This document shows, in pieces, positions 40,048 through 49,748 of a stretch of 64,000 nt of DNA; the first letter of the stretch is position 1; the number at the start of each line of letters is the position of its first letter. The translations under genes and the position numbers were made by a program. The notes beneath the pieces were generated by a model. That model worked only from the letters and a program-made list of their open reading frames with translations, was not told where the DNA came from and searched no databases. The stretch is from assembly GCA_016927115.1 (NCBI GenBank), contig JAFGNH010000170.1:7541-71540 (forward strand), in the 5' to 3' direction. The DNA is from Anaerolineales bacterium (lineage in GTDB: Bacteria > Chloroflexota > Anaerolineae > Anaerolineales > E44-bin32).

Positions 40048-40935
40048 TTACCCCAGAAAACTGAATAGAGTTGGCAGATTAAGAGCCATTTTTCCCGATT
40101 CAAGCACCGATTGGTACACCACTTCCTGGTACTGCAGATCGGAAATAACCTCTGCCATGTTGATATCTTCCTTTTGTGAAAGAAGTGTTTCCATGTCGCT
40201 CTTTGTATCTGTCAGGCGATCTATCGTGTTATTCACCTGTCTCTTGCGCGAACCGTTATTCGTGCGAACGATCTTGACGCTTTCGATTGCATTCTGTAAA
40301 TCCGTGATAGCTGCCCCAATCTCAGTTTTATTATTTGCCGCCAGCGCATCACGCCCGCGGATGATAGCATCGAATACAGGGTTGAATGCTGCATCACCAT
40401 CAATATTGACTGTGATAAGCTGACCGGGGCTTACAGCGCGTTGGATCACCCCGGTATCACCGGAATAGCTGACCGTGTCCGGTGTGCCGGATACAAGCTC
40501 AAACGGCCTTGTCTGAGTCAGGAAACCTGCAAAAAGGTAATCCCCTTCGTGCTGCGTATTTCCGATCTCAATAATTTCATTCAGGATGCTGTTGAGTTCT
40601 TCCGAAAGTGTTGTCCGCTCCTCTTCACCCACAGTATCGGACACACCGGTTTCAGACAGAACAAGCGCACGGGTAACCTCATCAATCACCTGTCCAAGTG
40701 CAACATCATTGGCATCAAGCCAGTTGCCGGTTGTATTGGCCAGATCGATGTAATTCTCACAATTACGGATCCCGGAACGCGCGCTCAAACCCGCCACTGC
40801 AACCGCCGGATCGTCGGAGGGAGCCTGGATTTTCTTGCCTGAAGCATATTTTGAGTTCAAATCAGCCAAACGCGCCATACTTGCTTCCATATTTTCTACC
40901 GCATTACTGATGAGCATCCTGTGAGTTATTCGCAT
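40048..40935 (-). CDS. flgL: hook-filament junction protein FlgL (HAP3)
   Basis: MRITHRMLISNAVENMEASMARLADLNSKYASGKKIQAPSDDPAVAV and a flagellin-like C-terminus. It follows flgK. Confidence 0.85.
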   Translation of the reverse strand: MRITHRMLISNAVENMEASMARLADLNSKYASGKKIQAPSDDPAVAVAGLSARSGIRNCENYIDLANTTGNWLDANDVALGQVIDEVTRALVLSETGVSDTVGEEERTTLSEELNSILNEIIEIGNTQHEGDYLFAGFLTQTRPFELVSGTPDTVSYSGDTGVIQRAVSPGQLITVNIDGDAAFNPVFDAIIRGRDALAANNKTEIGAAITDLQNAIESVKIVRTNNGSRKRQVNNTIDRLTDTKSDMETLLSQKEDINMAEVISDLQYQEVVYQSVLESGKMALNLPTLFSFLG

Positions 40936-40961
40936 ATATCCGGGCCTCCTGCATATAAACC

Positions 40962-42365
40962 TTATCGCCCAACCACACCCATACCATTGATAACAGTATC
41001 CAGCATTTCATCAATCGCTGTCATCAGCCGTGCCGCCGCCTCAAATGATTTCTGGGCACTGATCAGATTCGCAGCTTCTTCATCAAGTGAAACACCGACT
41101 ACGGATTCTCGCTGTTTCCCGAGAGCTGATGCTACCAGCCGCCGGTCACTTGCATTCCGTTTCGCCTGCCCTAACGCCAGGCCCAGGTCCGCAACCGTAC
41201 CTGTATAAAAATCATTCATTGTGGTGGTACCACCATCCATCACTTCCGCACCATCAAGCTGTGCAATAACGAGGGCAATGGAACCATCCCCGGGCTGGTC
41301 AGCACCGGATGCTGCGCCAATACTTTCAAGATCCTCCAGGACGGAATTCACCTCGATCGACAGTGCATCTGTACCCAGGAAGAAATCGAGCCCGGTTGCA
41401 TTATTGGTTCCATAACCCGTGGAGTGAATATTGTTTACCTCCGAAATCAAAACGGCCGCCAGCTCATTCAGGTCGTCCAGTTGGTCGACAATGTTATTGT
41501 CCCGGGCATCAAGAATACCCAGCACTTCTCCGGTTGGAGGATCAAAGTCATTACCATCCTCCCAGCGGATGGAGAGCAAACTGTCATTACCAGCATCCCG
41601 GTATGTCTCGATGGAAAATGTGCTTTTCCCAATCACCATAGCGTGTCCACCGATCGAGACAAGTGCCTGCCCACTTTCTTCTATTGAGACGCTCGCTCCT
41701 GCCAGTTCGGACAGGGATTCAAGGATCCGGTCACGCTCATCGAGCAGATCGTTGGGACTGTCACCTACAGACAATACATTCGAAATCTGCACATTCAGGC
41801 CTGCAACCTGTGCAGCCTTTTCGTTGATTTCATCCACGCGCTGCTGCAATGCAACATCCTGATCCCGTCGAATCATCTCCAGCGACATAGCCCTACGATT
41901 TAAGCCATCTACCAATGCCTGAGAACTCATAAGCAGCTGGGAGCGATAGGCGGAACTGCTGGGATCCGAACTCAATGTGTACCAGCCACTCCAGAATTCA
42001 TCCAGCTTGTTTATCAAACCATCATCCGACATTTCTGCCATCACAGCTTCAACCTGCTGGAGAACCTGCTCCTGCATTTCATAACGGCTGGCATCCCCAA
42101 TTTCCTTGCGGTAGTGGTGGTTAAATAATTCCACCGAAGCTCGCCTGATCGTCTCTACCCTGACACCGGTGCCAAGCTGCCCGGAAGAGATGGATGTATA
42201 CATACCCGGAGAGCCATATGGAATTCCGGCTGACATCACAGCTTCCTGCCTGTGATAACCAGGGGTATTGGCATTGGCAACGTTGTGGTCGATCACCTGA
42301 ATGGCCTGCTGCTGGCTCAGAATGGAACTGAGGGCAATATGAATGGAAGAGAGAAGGGAAGACAT
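40962..42365 (-). CDS. flgK: hook-filament junction protein FlgK (HAP1)
   Basis: SSIHIALSSILSQQQAIQVIDHNVANANTPGYHRQEAVM...VSLDEEAANLISAQKSFEAAARLMTAIDEMLDTVI. Confidence 0.9.
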   Translation of the reverse strand: MSSLLSSIHIALSSILSQQQAIQVIDHNVANANTPGYHRQEAVMSAGIPYGSPGMYTSISSGQLGTGVRVETIRRASVELFNHHYRKEIGDASRYEMQEQVLQQVEAVMAEMSDDGLINKLDEFWSGWYTLSSDPSSSAYRSQLLMSSQALVDGLNRRAMSLEMIRRDQDVALQQRVDEINEKAAQVAGLNVQISNVLSVGDSPNDLLDERDRILESLSELAGASVSIEESGQALVSIGGHAMVIGKSTFSIETYRDAGNDSLLSIRWEDGNDFDPPTGEVLGILDARDNNIVDQLDDLNELAAVLISEVNNIHSTGYGTNNATGLDFFLGTDALSIEVNSVLEDLESIGAASGADQPGDGSIALVIAQLDGAEVMDGGTTTMNDFYTGTVADLGLALGQAKRNASDRRLVASALGKQRESVVGVSLDEEAANLISAQKSFEAAARLMTAIDEMLDTVINGMGVVGR

Positions 42366-42370
42366 TTACA

Positions 42371-42892
42371 TCACACCCTTTCTTCCAGTTTCCAGCTGGC
42401 TGTGGTCGCCTGGTCTTTCTTCTTGCCTGACGACACATAATGATCCGTTGGCTGATCAAAACTGAGGATCAGTGTTCGCATGTGATCCAGCCTTTCAAGT
42501 GCAGACACTGCCAGTGCCTGATTTCCTCTGGTCATATCACGCAGCTCCACCGAGATCGACAGAATGCCGGACCGGATCCGCTCAAGACGCTGTGCGGTCG
42601 GCTGCGGCATATAGTGGACAAGATCCTGAATCGTTGGTGAGCTGGAAGTAAAACCTGTCCGCTCTGCCCACTCACGGACCACCTGGCTGCGCCCCTTCTC
42701 CAATCGATGGATTTCATCCATCAGACTGTCCTTCTGTTCGACAATACCAGCCAGCGTGAGAATATCCGCTTTAACCAGCGCCATTCTCTCCTGCTTCGTG
42801 AGTTTGAGCAGAGTCTGATACGCTCTGAATTCGCTTACGAGGAAGCTTTCCAGAGGAATACTCATCTTTGTATTTTGGTCGACCTGTTCCAT
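42371..42892 (-). CDS. flgN: FlgN-family export chaperone
   Basis: A helical 173-aa protein, FRAYQTLLKLTKQERMALVKADILTLAGIVEQKDSLMDEI. It lies between flgM and flgK, as in Bacillus. Confidence 0.65.
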   Translation of the reverse strand: MEQVDQNTKMSIPLESFLVSEFRAYQTLLKLTKQERMALVKADILTLAGIVEQKDSLMDEIHRLEKGRSQVVREWAERTGFTSSSPTIQDLVHYMPQPTAQRLERIRSGILSISVELRDMTRGNQALAVSALERLDHMRTLILSFDQPTDHYVSSGKKKDQATTASWKLEERV

Positions 42893-42965
42893 ACGCTCTC
42901 ATCCCGACAGCACTATCAGAATGAGCACAATTCCCATGTTTTACTGCCAGAAGCTGTAAACACTC

Positions 42966-43265
42966 TTATTCAGGCTTGAATAGATCCTCAATCCGGTTTG
43001 CGAGTTTGTTTACGTCAACCTCATACTCGCCGGCCTGCACCTTCTCTTTCAGTGCCGCCACTTTATTTTCCCGTACTTCGGAAACCTCATCGAGATGTGT
43101 CCGTGCTCTGGCGAGGGTCTGTGCTTTTTCTGAAAGCGCAGCCTCATCCTTTCTGCGCCCATCCAGTGATGCGTTCTGTGCCTCCTGCTGTTTTCGGTCT
43201 ACAGCATTCGTTGCATCCGAACGATTCTGGATCAGCTTATCAACGTTACTATGTTCAACCTTCAT
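42966..43265 (-). CDS. flgM: anti-sigma-28 factor FlgM
   Basis: 99 aa. The C-terminus VRENKVAALKEKVQAGEYEVDVNKLANRI is the FlgM signature. Confidence 0.85.
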   Translation of the reverse strand: MKVEHSNVDKLIQNRSDATNAVDRKQQEAQNASLDGRRKDEAALSEKAQTLARARTHLDEVSEVRENKVAALKEKVQAGEYEVDVNKLANRIEDLFKPE

Positions 43266-43314
43266 TGCCAGATTGCCTCCAGCTGCTTATGGGAATGTTG
43301 GAACCTTATCCCTA

Positions 43315-43341
43315 TTATCGGACAGTTTTCCACAAACTTTA
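43315..43341 (-). promoter_or_regulatory. sigma-28 promoter of the flgM-flgN-flgK-flgL-fliW-csrA operon
   Basis: Minus strand: TTAAAGTTT..(N15 spacer after TAAA)..tCCGATAA. The -35 overlaps the flgG stop codon. Confidence 0.65.
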
Positions 43342-44079
43342 ACCTCTCCGCATCTGAATTGCCTGGCTGATCATCGTATCCGTCATCTCGTAGCTGTGAA
43401 TGGCCATATCAAACGCCCTTTGCAGTGTGATCATACGGCTCATTTCTGCTACCATGTCCACATTAGACTGCTCAACTGCGTTTCCAATTACCTGGCCATA
43501 CCCATCTTCACTGAATGCTCCTTCCTGAGCCTCACCTGAAAGCTCACTTTCCAACCATAAATTTTTTCCAAAGGACAGCAGCCCCTGTGAATTGGCGAAG
43601 CGATAACCGGTGATCGTGCCAATCTCATCCCATGTTCCACCACGGGCGACATATACTGTTCCATCCGGGTTAACATGAACATCTTCGGCATCTTCCGGAA
43701 TGGTTCCGTTCCAGATCAGTTCATAGCCGTTGGAATCTACGATCCGGCGATCCTCATCCAGGGAAAACTGCCCGTCACGTGTATAACCAATCTGATCCGT
43801 TTCAATCTGAACAGCAAAGAAACCGGAGCCATTAATAGCAAGGTCGAGAGGGTTATCTGAATCCTGCAGACTGCCCTGAGTCATAATGCGCTGTGTGGTA
43901 CCGATTTCCACACCTGCCAGGCCGAACTCATCCAGCAATTCCTGGAAAGCCGAACGGCTGCTCTTATATCCAGGTGTGTTGATATTGGCCAGATTATGGC
44001 TGACTACATCCAGGTCTGTCATACGGCTCATGATGCTGCTGCGTGTTATGTTCAATATTTGAATAAATGAGGATGCCAT
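43339..44079 (-). CDS. flgG: flagellar rod protein, FlgG family (distal rod candidate)
   Basis: MTDLDVVSHNLANINTPGYKSSRSAFQELL...VEQSNVDMVAEMSRMITLQRAFDMA. The ATG at 44079 follows GGGAGGAGGAAAG, so I prefer it over the ORF-track start. Confidence 0.8.
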   Translation of the reverse strand: MASSFIQILNITRSSIMSRMTDLDVVSHNLANINTPGYKSSRSAFQELLDEFGLAGVEIGTTQRIMTQGSLQDSDNPLDLAINGSGFFAVQIETDQIGYTRDGQFSLDEDRRIVDSNGYELIWNGTIPEDAEDVHVNPDGTVYVARGGTWDEIGTITGYRFANSQGLLSFGKNLWLESELSGEAQEGAFSEDGYGQVIGNAVEQSNVDMVAEMSRMITLQRAFDMAIHSYEMTDTMISQAIQMRRG

Positions 44080-44098
44080 TCTTTCCTCCTCCCAATCC

Positions 44099-44854
44099 TT
44101 ACAATCTGCCCAGGGTCTGGATGGATCTGCCGAGCAGCTCATCCTGAACCTGGACCAGGCGCTGGGCTGCTTCATACGCCCGTGCCACCGTAACCATCTG
44201 TGTCATGAGTTGGGCCGGGTCAGCATTCGATCCTTCCAGGGCTCCCTGGAGAATCGTGCCCACTTCATCGCTGGTTGCTCCACCCTCTGCCATAAACACA
44301 CCGGGAGCCTGGCGCTCCAGCTCCGCCTCCGGATCTTCAAAAGCAGCCAGGCCAATCGTTCCGGCCTCCACCCCATCAACCAGTACCTGGCCATCCGGCT
44401 GTACCACAAAATCGCTGCTATCCAGCTGGATTCGATTTTCATTCGCATCCAGAATATACTGGCCACTCAGATTCACCAGATTACCGTCCACATCAACTGC
44501 CAGCCTTCCATCACGTGTATAGCGGGTGCCCTGGGGCGTTTCGATCATAAAAAAGCCTGCGCCATCAATTGCCAGATCCAGTGCCTCGCCTGTAGTGGAA
44601 ATCCCGCCGACGCTGAAATCTGTTATTTCATCTCCAGTCTCCACCCCCAGGCCAAGTGCGCCTAGATAATCCAGTGAACCAAGCCCGGATAGGGAATTAC
44701 CGGAATAAGCCGGGGTTTCCAGGAACTCATTAAGCGAAACCAGCAGCTGCTTGAAGCCGGGCGTATCCACATTGGCAACATTATGGGATAAAACTTTCTG
44801 TCGCTCCATATTTGCCAGCATTGCTGAAGACGCAGCGTACAATCCTTTCAGCAT
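44099..44854 (-). CDS. flgF: flagellar rod protein, FlgF/FlgG family
   Basis: MLKGLYAASSAMLANMERQKVLSHNVANVDTPGFKQ...LEGSNADPAQLMTQMVTVARAYEAAQRLV. Confidence 0.8.
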   Translation of the reverse strand: MLKGLYAASSAMLANMERQKVLSHNVANVDTPGFKQLLVSLNEFLETPAYSGNSLSGLGSLDYLGALGLGVETGDEITDFSVGGISTTGEALDLAIDGAGFFMIETPQGTRYTRDGRLAVDVDGNLVNLSGQYILDANENRIQLDSSDFVVQPDGQVLVDGVEAGTIGLAAFEDPEAELERQAPGVFMAEGGATSDEVGTILQGALEGSNADPAQLMTQMVTVARAYEAAQRLVQVQDELLGRSIQTLGRL

Positions 44855-44856
44855 TC

Positions 44857-45255
44857 TTACCTCCTGTCCAGCGGGGTGGCCGGGCGCGAAATGTTCAATA
44901 TGAGTCGGACTTCTTCCCTGGAGACACCCATGTAACGGGCGATATCCAGTTCTGACATTCCACCTTCAGCCATAGCCGCAACAACGTGATTCTTCGCCTG
45001 AGGCGATTCTGCCAGAGGAGCAGCGGGGTCAGCCTCCCCCATTTTTACCAGCATCTGCCTGAAATCCGGGCCCAACAGTTCCTCACCAGGAGCGGATCCT
45101 TCCAGATTATTCCTCGCCTCTACAAGGCTTCGAAGCTCATCCACCACCGGCGACAAACGCTCTGCCTGCTGATTTATCCCCCTGGAGTGCGCTGCTTCCT
45201 TCGCCAGCGAAACAAGATTCAGCGTATCTTCCAACAATGAATTTGTAATTCTCAT
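44857..45255 (-). CDS. hypothetical protein with C-terminal HTH-like segment, translationally coupled to fliA
   Basis: 132 aa. Its ATG overlaps the fliA stop (ATGA). The C-terminus GMSELDIARYMGVSREEVRLIL resembles a sigma region-4 / small HTH motif. Confidence 0.55.
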   Translation of the reverse strand: MRITNSLLEDTLNLVSLAKEAAHSRGINQQAERLSPVVDELRSLVEARNNLEGSAPGEELLGPDFRQMLVKMGEADPAAPLAESPQAKNHVVAAMAEGGMSELDIARYMGVSREEVRLILNISRPATPLDRR

Positions 45256-46127
45256 AAGCCACCGCCACTTATCTGCTCTGATTTCATCACCTGGGACTGA
45301 TATTCACTGAGCTGATAATCCTTCCTCTGTGCTCCTGCCTTTTTCTGCAGCTGATCGACGTTGCCTTCTCCCTCCTGCGAGGAAAGTTTGGCTTTCAGGT
45401 TCATGGCTGCTCGGGCATGGATCTGACAAACGCGTGATTCAGAGACTTCCATCACTTCTCCAATTTCGCGCATGGTAAGGCCTTCGTTGTAATAGAGTGC
45501 AAGGACCAGCTGATCCTTTTCCGGAAGTTCCTTCAATGCATCCATCAGCCTGCTTTTGAGATCCTTCTCGATCAGGATTTCAGAAGGATCCTCCTGGGTT
45601 TCGTCACTGACGATCTCATACAGCGAACCATCGTTATCACCATCACTTACAAGATCCGAATCGATCGAAATAATCATCCGGCTCGCATCGACCATCGCCT
45701 GACGCAGCTTGTCCTGGTCGTAATTCAGATACGCTGCCAATTCCTCATCGGTAGGCATTCGACGCAGCCGTGAGAACAATTCATGTGTCGCTTCCTGAAC
45801 AGCTCGTGCTCGCTGACGTGCAGCACGGGAAAGCCAATCCCGTTTTCGCAGGAAATCAAGAACCTGTCCACGAATACGCAGTGTAGCATATGTACTGAAC
45901 TGGGTACCGAATTCGGGATTATATCGATCCACCGCATCAATCAACCCCAGCAATCCATAACTCACCAGATCCTCATAATCCGGACCATATTCTTTCGAGA
46001 TACCGAGCCTGCCCAACACAAAATGAACGAGCGGAATATAACGCAGAATGATCGCATCCCGCTTTTCAGCAGTTGGGTTGCGGTGAAATTCCAGCAGCAT
46101 TTCAGTATCGTTCTGCGTATTCTGCAC
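45252..46127 (-). CDS. fliA: flagellar sigma factor sigma-28 (FliA/SigD/WhiG family) with a ~45-aa C-terminal tail
   Basis: Region 2: DLVSYGLLGLIDAVDRYNPEFGTQFSTYATLRIRGQVLDFLRK. Region 4: LALYYNEGLTMREIGEVMEVSESRVCQIHARA. Confidence 0.9.
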   Translation of the reverse strand: MQNTQNDTEMLLEFHRNPTAEKRDAIILRYIPLVHFVLGRLGISKEYGPDYEDLVSYGLLGLIDAVDRYNPEFGTQFSTYATLRIRGQVLDFLRKRDWLSRAARQRARAVQEATHELFSRLRRMPTDEELAAYLNYDQDKLRQAMVDASRMIISIDSDLVSDGDNDGSLYEIVSDETQEDPSEILIEKDLKSRLMDALKELPEKDQLVLALYYNEGLTMREIGEVMEVSESRVCQIHARAAMNLKAKLSSQEGEGNVDQLQKKAGAQRKDYQLSEYQSQVMKSEQISGGGL

Positions 46128-46134
46128 CCTTCAG

Positions 46135-46449
46135 CTACACCTTCCACTCTTGCGTACTGGACTGTGGTTCATCCTGCTTCAGAGCCGCCAGCTGCTTGAA
46201 GATGACATCCAATGTACCATCCGAAATCAGCCAGTTTATCGCATACAGGACAAATCCGAGGATCAATGTTACCGATCCTGCACGCAGCACTACCGCTTTC
46301 CAGCTGCATCCAGCCATCAATGAAAAAACTACTGTCAGTACAAGGACCACCACAACCAGGATCTTTGAAATCGTAAAACTGGTTTCAAGAAGGAGAATGG
46401 GAAATGTCCCTTCCTTCCCTTGCGGTTCCTCTTTCGGTTTCTTACTCAT
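46135..46449 (-). CDS. small two-pass membrane protein of unknown function (occupies the slot between flhF and fliA)
   Basis: 104 aa with two hydrophobic helices (ISKILVVVVLVLTVVFSLMAG; VTLILGFVLYAINWLI). It is tightly packed, 7 nt before fliA and 11 nt after flhF. Confidence 0.55.
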   Translation of the reverse strand: MSKKPKEEPQGKEGTFPILLLETSFTISKILVVVVLVLTVVFSLMAGCSWKAVVLRAGSVTLILGFVLYAINWLISDGTLDVIFKQLAALKQDEPQSSTQEWKV

Positions 46450-46460
46450 CTACACTCCCT

Positions 46461-47609
46461 TTACCGGAATCTGCTGTCGCCCATAAGAGCGTCCACCAGC
46501 CTGGCTGGATTCGCCGGCCGCAGGTCATCGAACACATCCGGGCCCGAAGCAAAATACGCCAATGGAATGCCGCTCCTGCTGGCAAAATTAAAAATGGAAC
46601 CATACGTTCCTGTTTCATCCAGCTTTGTCAGGATCAGGCTGTCCGGTTGGAAGGGTTCAAATGCGGCGGCCATATCTATCAGATCCGCTTCCTTGGTGGA
46701 AGCCGGAGCCAGCAGATAGGTGGATCTTCCGGGAACAGCTGTCAGGAATTTGCCCACCTGGAGAACATCAGACTCGAGGTATGGATTGAACCCTGGTGTA
46801 TCGACCAGAATGAGGTCACTGCCTTCCGCTTCTCTGATACAGTCCACCATTTCACGCGGCGTATATGCCAGCAGCAGCGGTACACCGAGGCTGTCGGTAT
46901 AAACCCGTGCCTCATTGATCGATGCTGCACGGATGGTATCTGCACAAATCCACGTTACCTTCTTTTTCAAATCTTCACTGAAATATACAGCGAGTTTTGC
47001 GGCCATGGTCGTTTTTCCGCTGCCGCGCGGTCCTATCAGGAAAACAATCCGATCCTGCTGCAGCCGTATGGAGTTATAGGCCTTAACCATCACCAAAAGC
47101 TGCTGTTTGACATGGCGCTTCAGTACTTCCGGATTCTGCAGGTGTGCCGGGCTTAAGGTACTGGCTGCATTCTGAAAGATCCTGTCCGAAAAGTCGGAAG
47201 CCAGGCCCTTACTCTTCAAGTAGTCCCTCATCTGTTCCAGCGTGGAACAAGCCGGATCTTCCTTTTGGGCCACTGGCTCAGCATCGGTTGCTGCGGAACG
47301 TGTTCCCTCAGGGATACCAGACGTATGGGCCTCAACCAGTGAAACCAGCTTTCGAGCTGTCTCCACCGATGGATCTTCAGTCGGCTGCCGGATTGAAACC
47401 GTTTCAAACCCATCGTCTGAAAAATCGGCAGGGGGTATCACCATCACTTCCACTTCCTGCGGTTTCCAGACTTCCCACGAAGCGCCGCCCGGGATTTCAC
47501 GTACGGAAACAACCAGTGCTTCCTCTCCCAGATCGCGCTGGATTTCTTCCAGCGTGCTGCTGATCGAGCTTCCACGATACGTTCGGACCAATGCTGTCTC
47601 AGGATTCAC
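46461..47609 (-). CDS. flhF: flagellar SRP-type GTPase FlhF
   Basis: G1 LIGPRGSGKTTMAAKLA, G3 LILVDTPG, G4 ILTKLDET. It lies downstream of flhA. Confidence 0.9.
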   Translation of the reverse strand: MNPETALVRTYRGSSISSTLEEIQRDLGEEALVVSVREIPGGASWEVWKPQEVEVMVIPPADFSDDGFETVSIRQPTEDPSVETARKLVSLVEAHTSGIPEGTRSAATDAEPVAQKEDPACSTLEQMRDYLKSKGLASDFSDRIFQNAASTLSPAHLQNPEVLKRHVKQQLLVMVKAYNSIRLQQDRIVFLIGPRGSGKTTMAAKLAVYFSEDLKKKVTWICADTIRAASINEARVYTDSLGVPLLLAYTPREMVDCIREAEGSDLILVDTPGFNPYLESDVLQVGKFLTAVPGRSTYLLAPASTKEADLIDMAAAFEPFQPDSLILTKLDETGTYGSIFNFASRSGIPLAYFASGPDVFDDLRPANPARLVDALMGDSRFR

Positions 47610-49683
47610 GTGTTTCCTCCGCCAGTTCTACCATGCCATGCGCCTGCACTTTTGTACCCTGGCTGACTTCAGAGAATGCCAGTATCGTAAGGCCTGGCAG
47701 CGAACGTTCTACCAGTAATCGAAGCGCTCTGCGGATCTCCCGCGATGTCAGCAGTATGGGCATATTCCCGGTATGAGCCATCTGCTCCATTTTTTCTCCA
47801 ATCGCCGACAGCACAGCCCGAGCTACAGATGGATCCAGCTGCAGTGCAAGGCCGTCCTCTGAAGAAACCAGAGCCTGTTTCAAATGGAGCTCCACAACAG
47901 GAGACAGAGTGAAGACATTCAGGGTCTTGGTATCATCGCGGTATTGGTTGGAAAGTGTACGTGCCATCCGCTGCCGAACTGCCTCAGACAGGATACCTGG
48001 ATCCTGCGTTATACCAGCATTGTTTGCCAGAATTTCCAGAATTCCAGCAAGATCACGAATGGGCACCCGTTCCTTGAGTAGATTCCGCAGCACAGCCTGC
48101 ACCCTCCCCAGGCTTAGCTGTTCGGGAACCAGACCCTCCACAGCAGCCGGCCTCTCCCGCCGCACACGATCAATCATTTCCTGTACTTCCTGCCTGCCGA
48201 GCAGTTCAGGTGCCTGCTCACGTACGATTTCGGTCAGGTGTGTGCTGAGGACAGAAACGGGATCAACAACGGTGTATCCCATCATCTCGGCCCGTGCCTT
48301 ATCCGTATCTGTGATCCATAGAGCAGGCAGCCCAAACGCAGGCTCCCGTGTTCGCACACCGGAAAGCTGGCCGTCTGCCTGAGACCCAGGAATCGCCAGC
48401 TGCCGCTCAAGCATCAGTTCACCGCGGGCAACTTCCTCACCGCGGATCTTCACAAGGTATTCGTTGGGTGAAAGACGCAGATTGTCCCGAACCCGTACGA
48501 TTGGCAATACCATTCCCAACTCGCCTGCAATCTGACGACGGATCGAAGTTATCCGCCGCAGCAGATTATCTGACCGATCTTCACTGACAAGCGGAATCAA
48601 CCCATACCCGATTTCAAGCTCTACAGGGTCCACCATCAGCATGCCGTACATGTCTTCCGGTCCTTCAGGCCGTGCTTCTTCCACAACAGGCAGTTCTTCT
48701 TCCCGTTTCGTAGCCTGCCAGGCCGCATAGGTTGCACCTGCCAGAATCAGCGCCAACCCGATAAAGGGTACCTTGGGCATACCGGGAACCAGAGCAACAG
48801 CCATCAGCATGGCGCTTACAAGTCCAAGTGCCTGTACATTGGAAAGCTGGCCGATTACGTCACTTCCGAGAGATGAATCAGCGGTAGATCGGGTTACTAT
48901 TAATCCAGCTGCAGTAGACACAAGCAGCGCAGAAATCTGAACGACCAGGCCGGAACCAACGGTCAGCAGTGTGTATTGCTGCAGTGATTCCATCACAGTC
49001 ATATCGTACATCAGTGCACCGATGACAAACCCGCCTATGATGTTCACTGCTACGATGATCAACCCCGCTGTTGCATCCCCCTTTACGAATTTCACCGAAC
49101 CATCCATCGCTCCGTAAAAATCCGCCTCAGCTGCAATATCTTTACGGCGCCTGCGTGCATCATCTTCATCAATCAGCCCTGAGTTCAGGTCTGCATCGAT
49201 CGAAAGCTGCTTGCCGGGCATGGCATCCAGCGTGAACCGGGCAGCAACTTCGGCCACACGGCCGGTGCCGTTCGTGATCACCACGAACTGGATAATCATC
49301 AGCATCAGAAATACAACTACGCCAACCACATAATTCCCACCAACCACCAGGGAACCAAAGGTTTCGATCACTTTCCCGGCCTGTGCTTCAAGCAGAATAG
49401 ATCGGCTTACTGCGATGTTGATCCCCAGTCTGAACAGAGTTGCCATCAACAGGATGGTCGGGAAAGCGGAGAAATCCAGCGGGCGGGATATATACATCGC
49501 TGTCAGCAAAATACTGATGGATAATGCCAGATTGAAGGCGATGAGCATATCTATAACCAATGCGGGAAGTGGAACAATGATCATCAGCAGGATCAACAAC
49601 ATTAATACAGCAAGAGCTGCATCTTTTGATCGAGCGATCATTTCCAGTGAAAATGGGGTTGCCATTTTGGTTTGTGTGGTCAT
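47599..49683 (-). CDS. flhA: flagellar export gate protein FlhA
   Basis: 694 aa. FPTILLMATLFRLGINIAVSRSILL, VVGVVVFLMLMIIQFVVITNGTGRVAEVAARFTLDAMPGKQLSIDADL, and the FHIPEP signature. Confidence 0.95.
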   Translation of the reverse strand: MTTQTKMATPFSLEMIARSKDAALAVLMLLILLMIIVPLPALVIDMLIAFNLALSISILLTAMYISRPLDFSAFPTILLMATLFRLGINIAVSRSILLEAQAGKVIETFGSLVVGGNYVVGVVVFLMLMIIQFVVITNGTGRVAEVAARFTLDAMPGKQLSIDADLNSGLIDEDDARRRRKDIAAEADFYGAMDGSVKFVKGDATAGLIIVAVNIIGGFVIGALMYDMTVMESLQQYTLLTVGSGLVVQISALLVSTAAGLIVTRSTADSSLGSDVIGQLSNVQALGLVSAMLMAVALVPGMPKVPFIGLALILAGATYAAWQATKREEELPVVEEARPEGPEDMYGMLMVDPVELEIGYGLIPLVSEDRSDNLLRRITSIRRQIAGELGMVLPIVRVRDNLRLSPNEYLVKIRGEEVARGELMLERQLAIPGSQADGQLSGVRTREPAFGLPALWITDTDKARAEMMGYTVVDPVSVLSTHLTEIVREQAPELLGRQEVQEMIDRVRRERPAAVEGLVPEQLSLGRVQAVLRNLLKERVPIRDLAGILEILANNAGITQDPGILSEAVRQRMARTLSNQYRDDTKTLNVFTLSPVVELHLKQALVSSEDGLALQLDPSVARAVLSAIGEKMEQMAHTGNMPILLTSREIRRALRLLVERSLPGLTILAFSEVSQGTKVQAHGMVELAEETRES

Positions 49684-49748
49684 AGCTTCCTACTCTGCCT
49701 TTAATCCGGTTAATTCCAATTTTTTCTGACCGGTTCCTTACAAATCTT

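Noticed and set aside
46404-47156. 250-aa plus-strand ORF opposite flhF, with others opposite flhA (47242..47718, 47909..48382).
   Set aside because: They are antisense to GTPase and FHIPEP genes with clear signatures. They have biased composition and no RBS.
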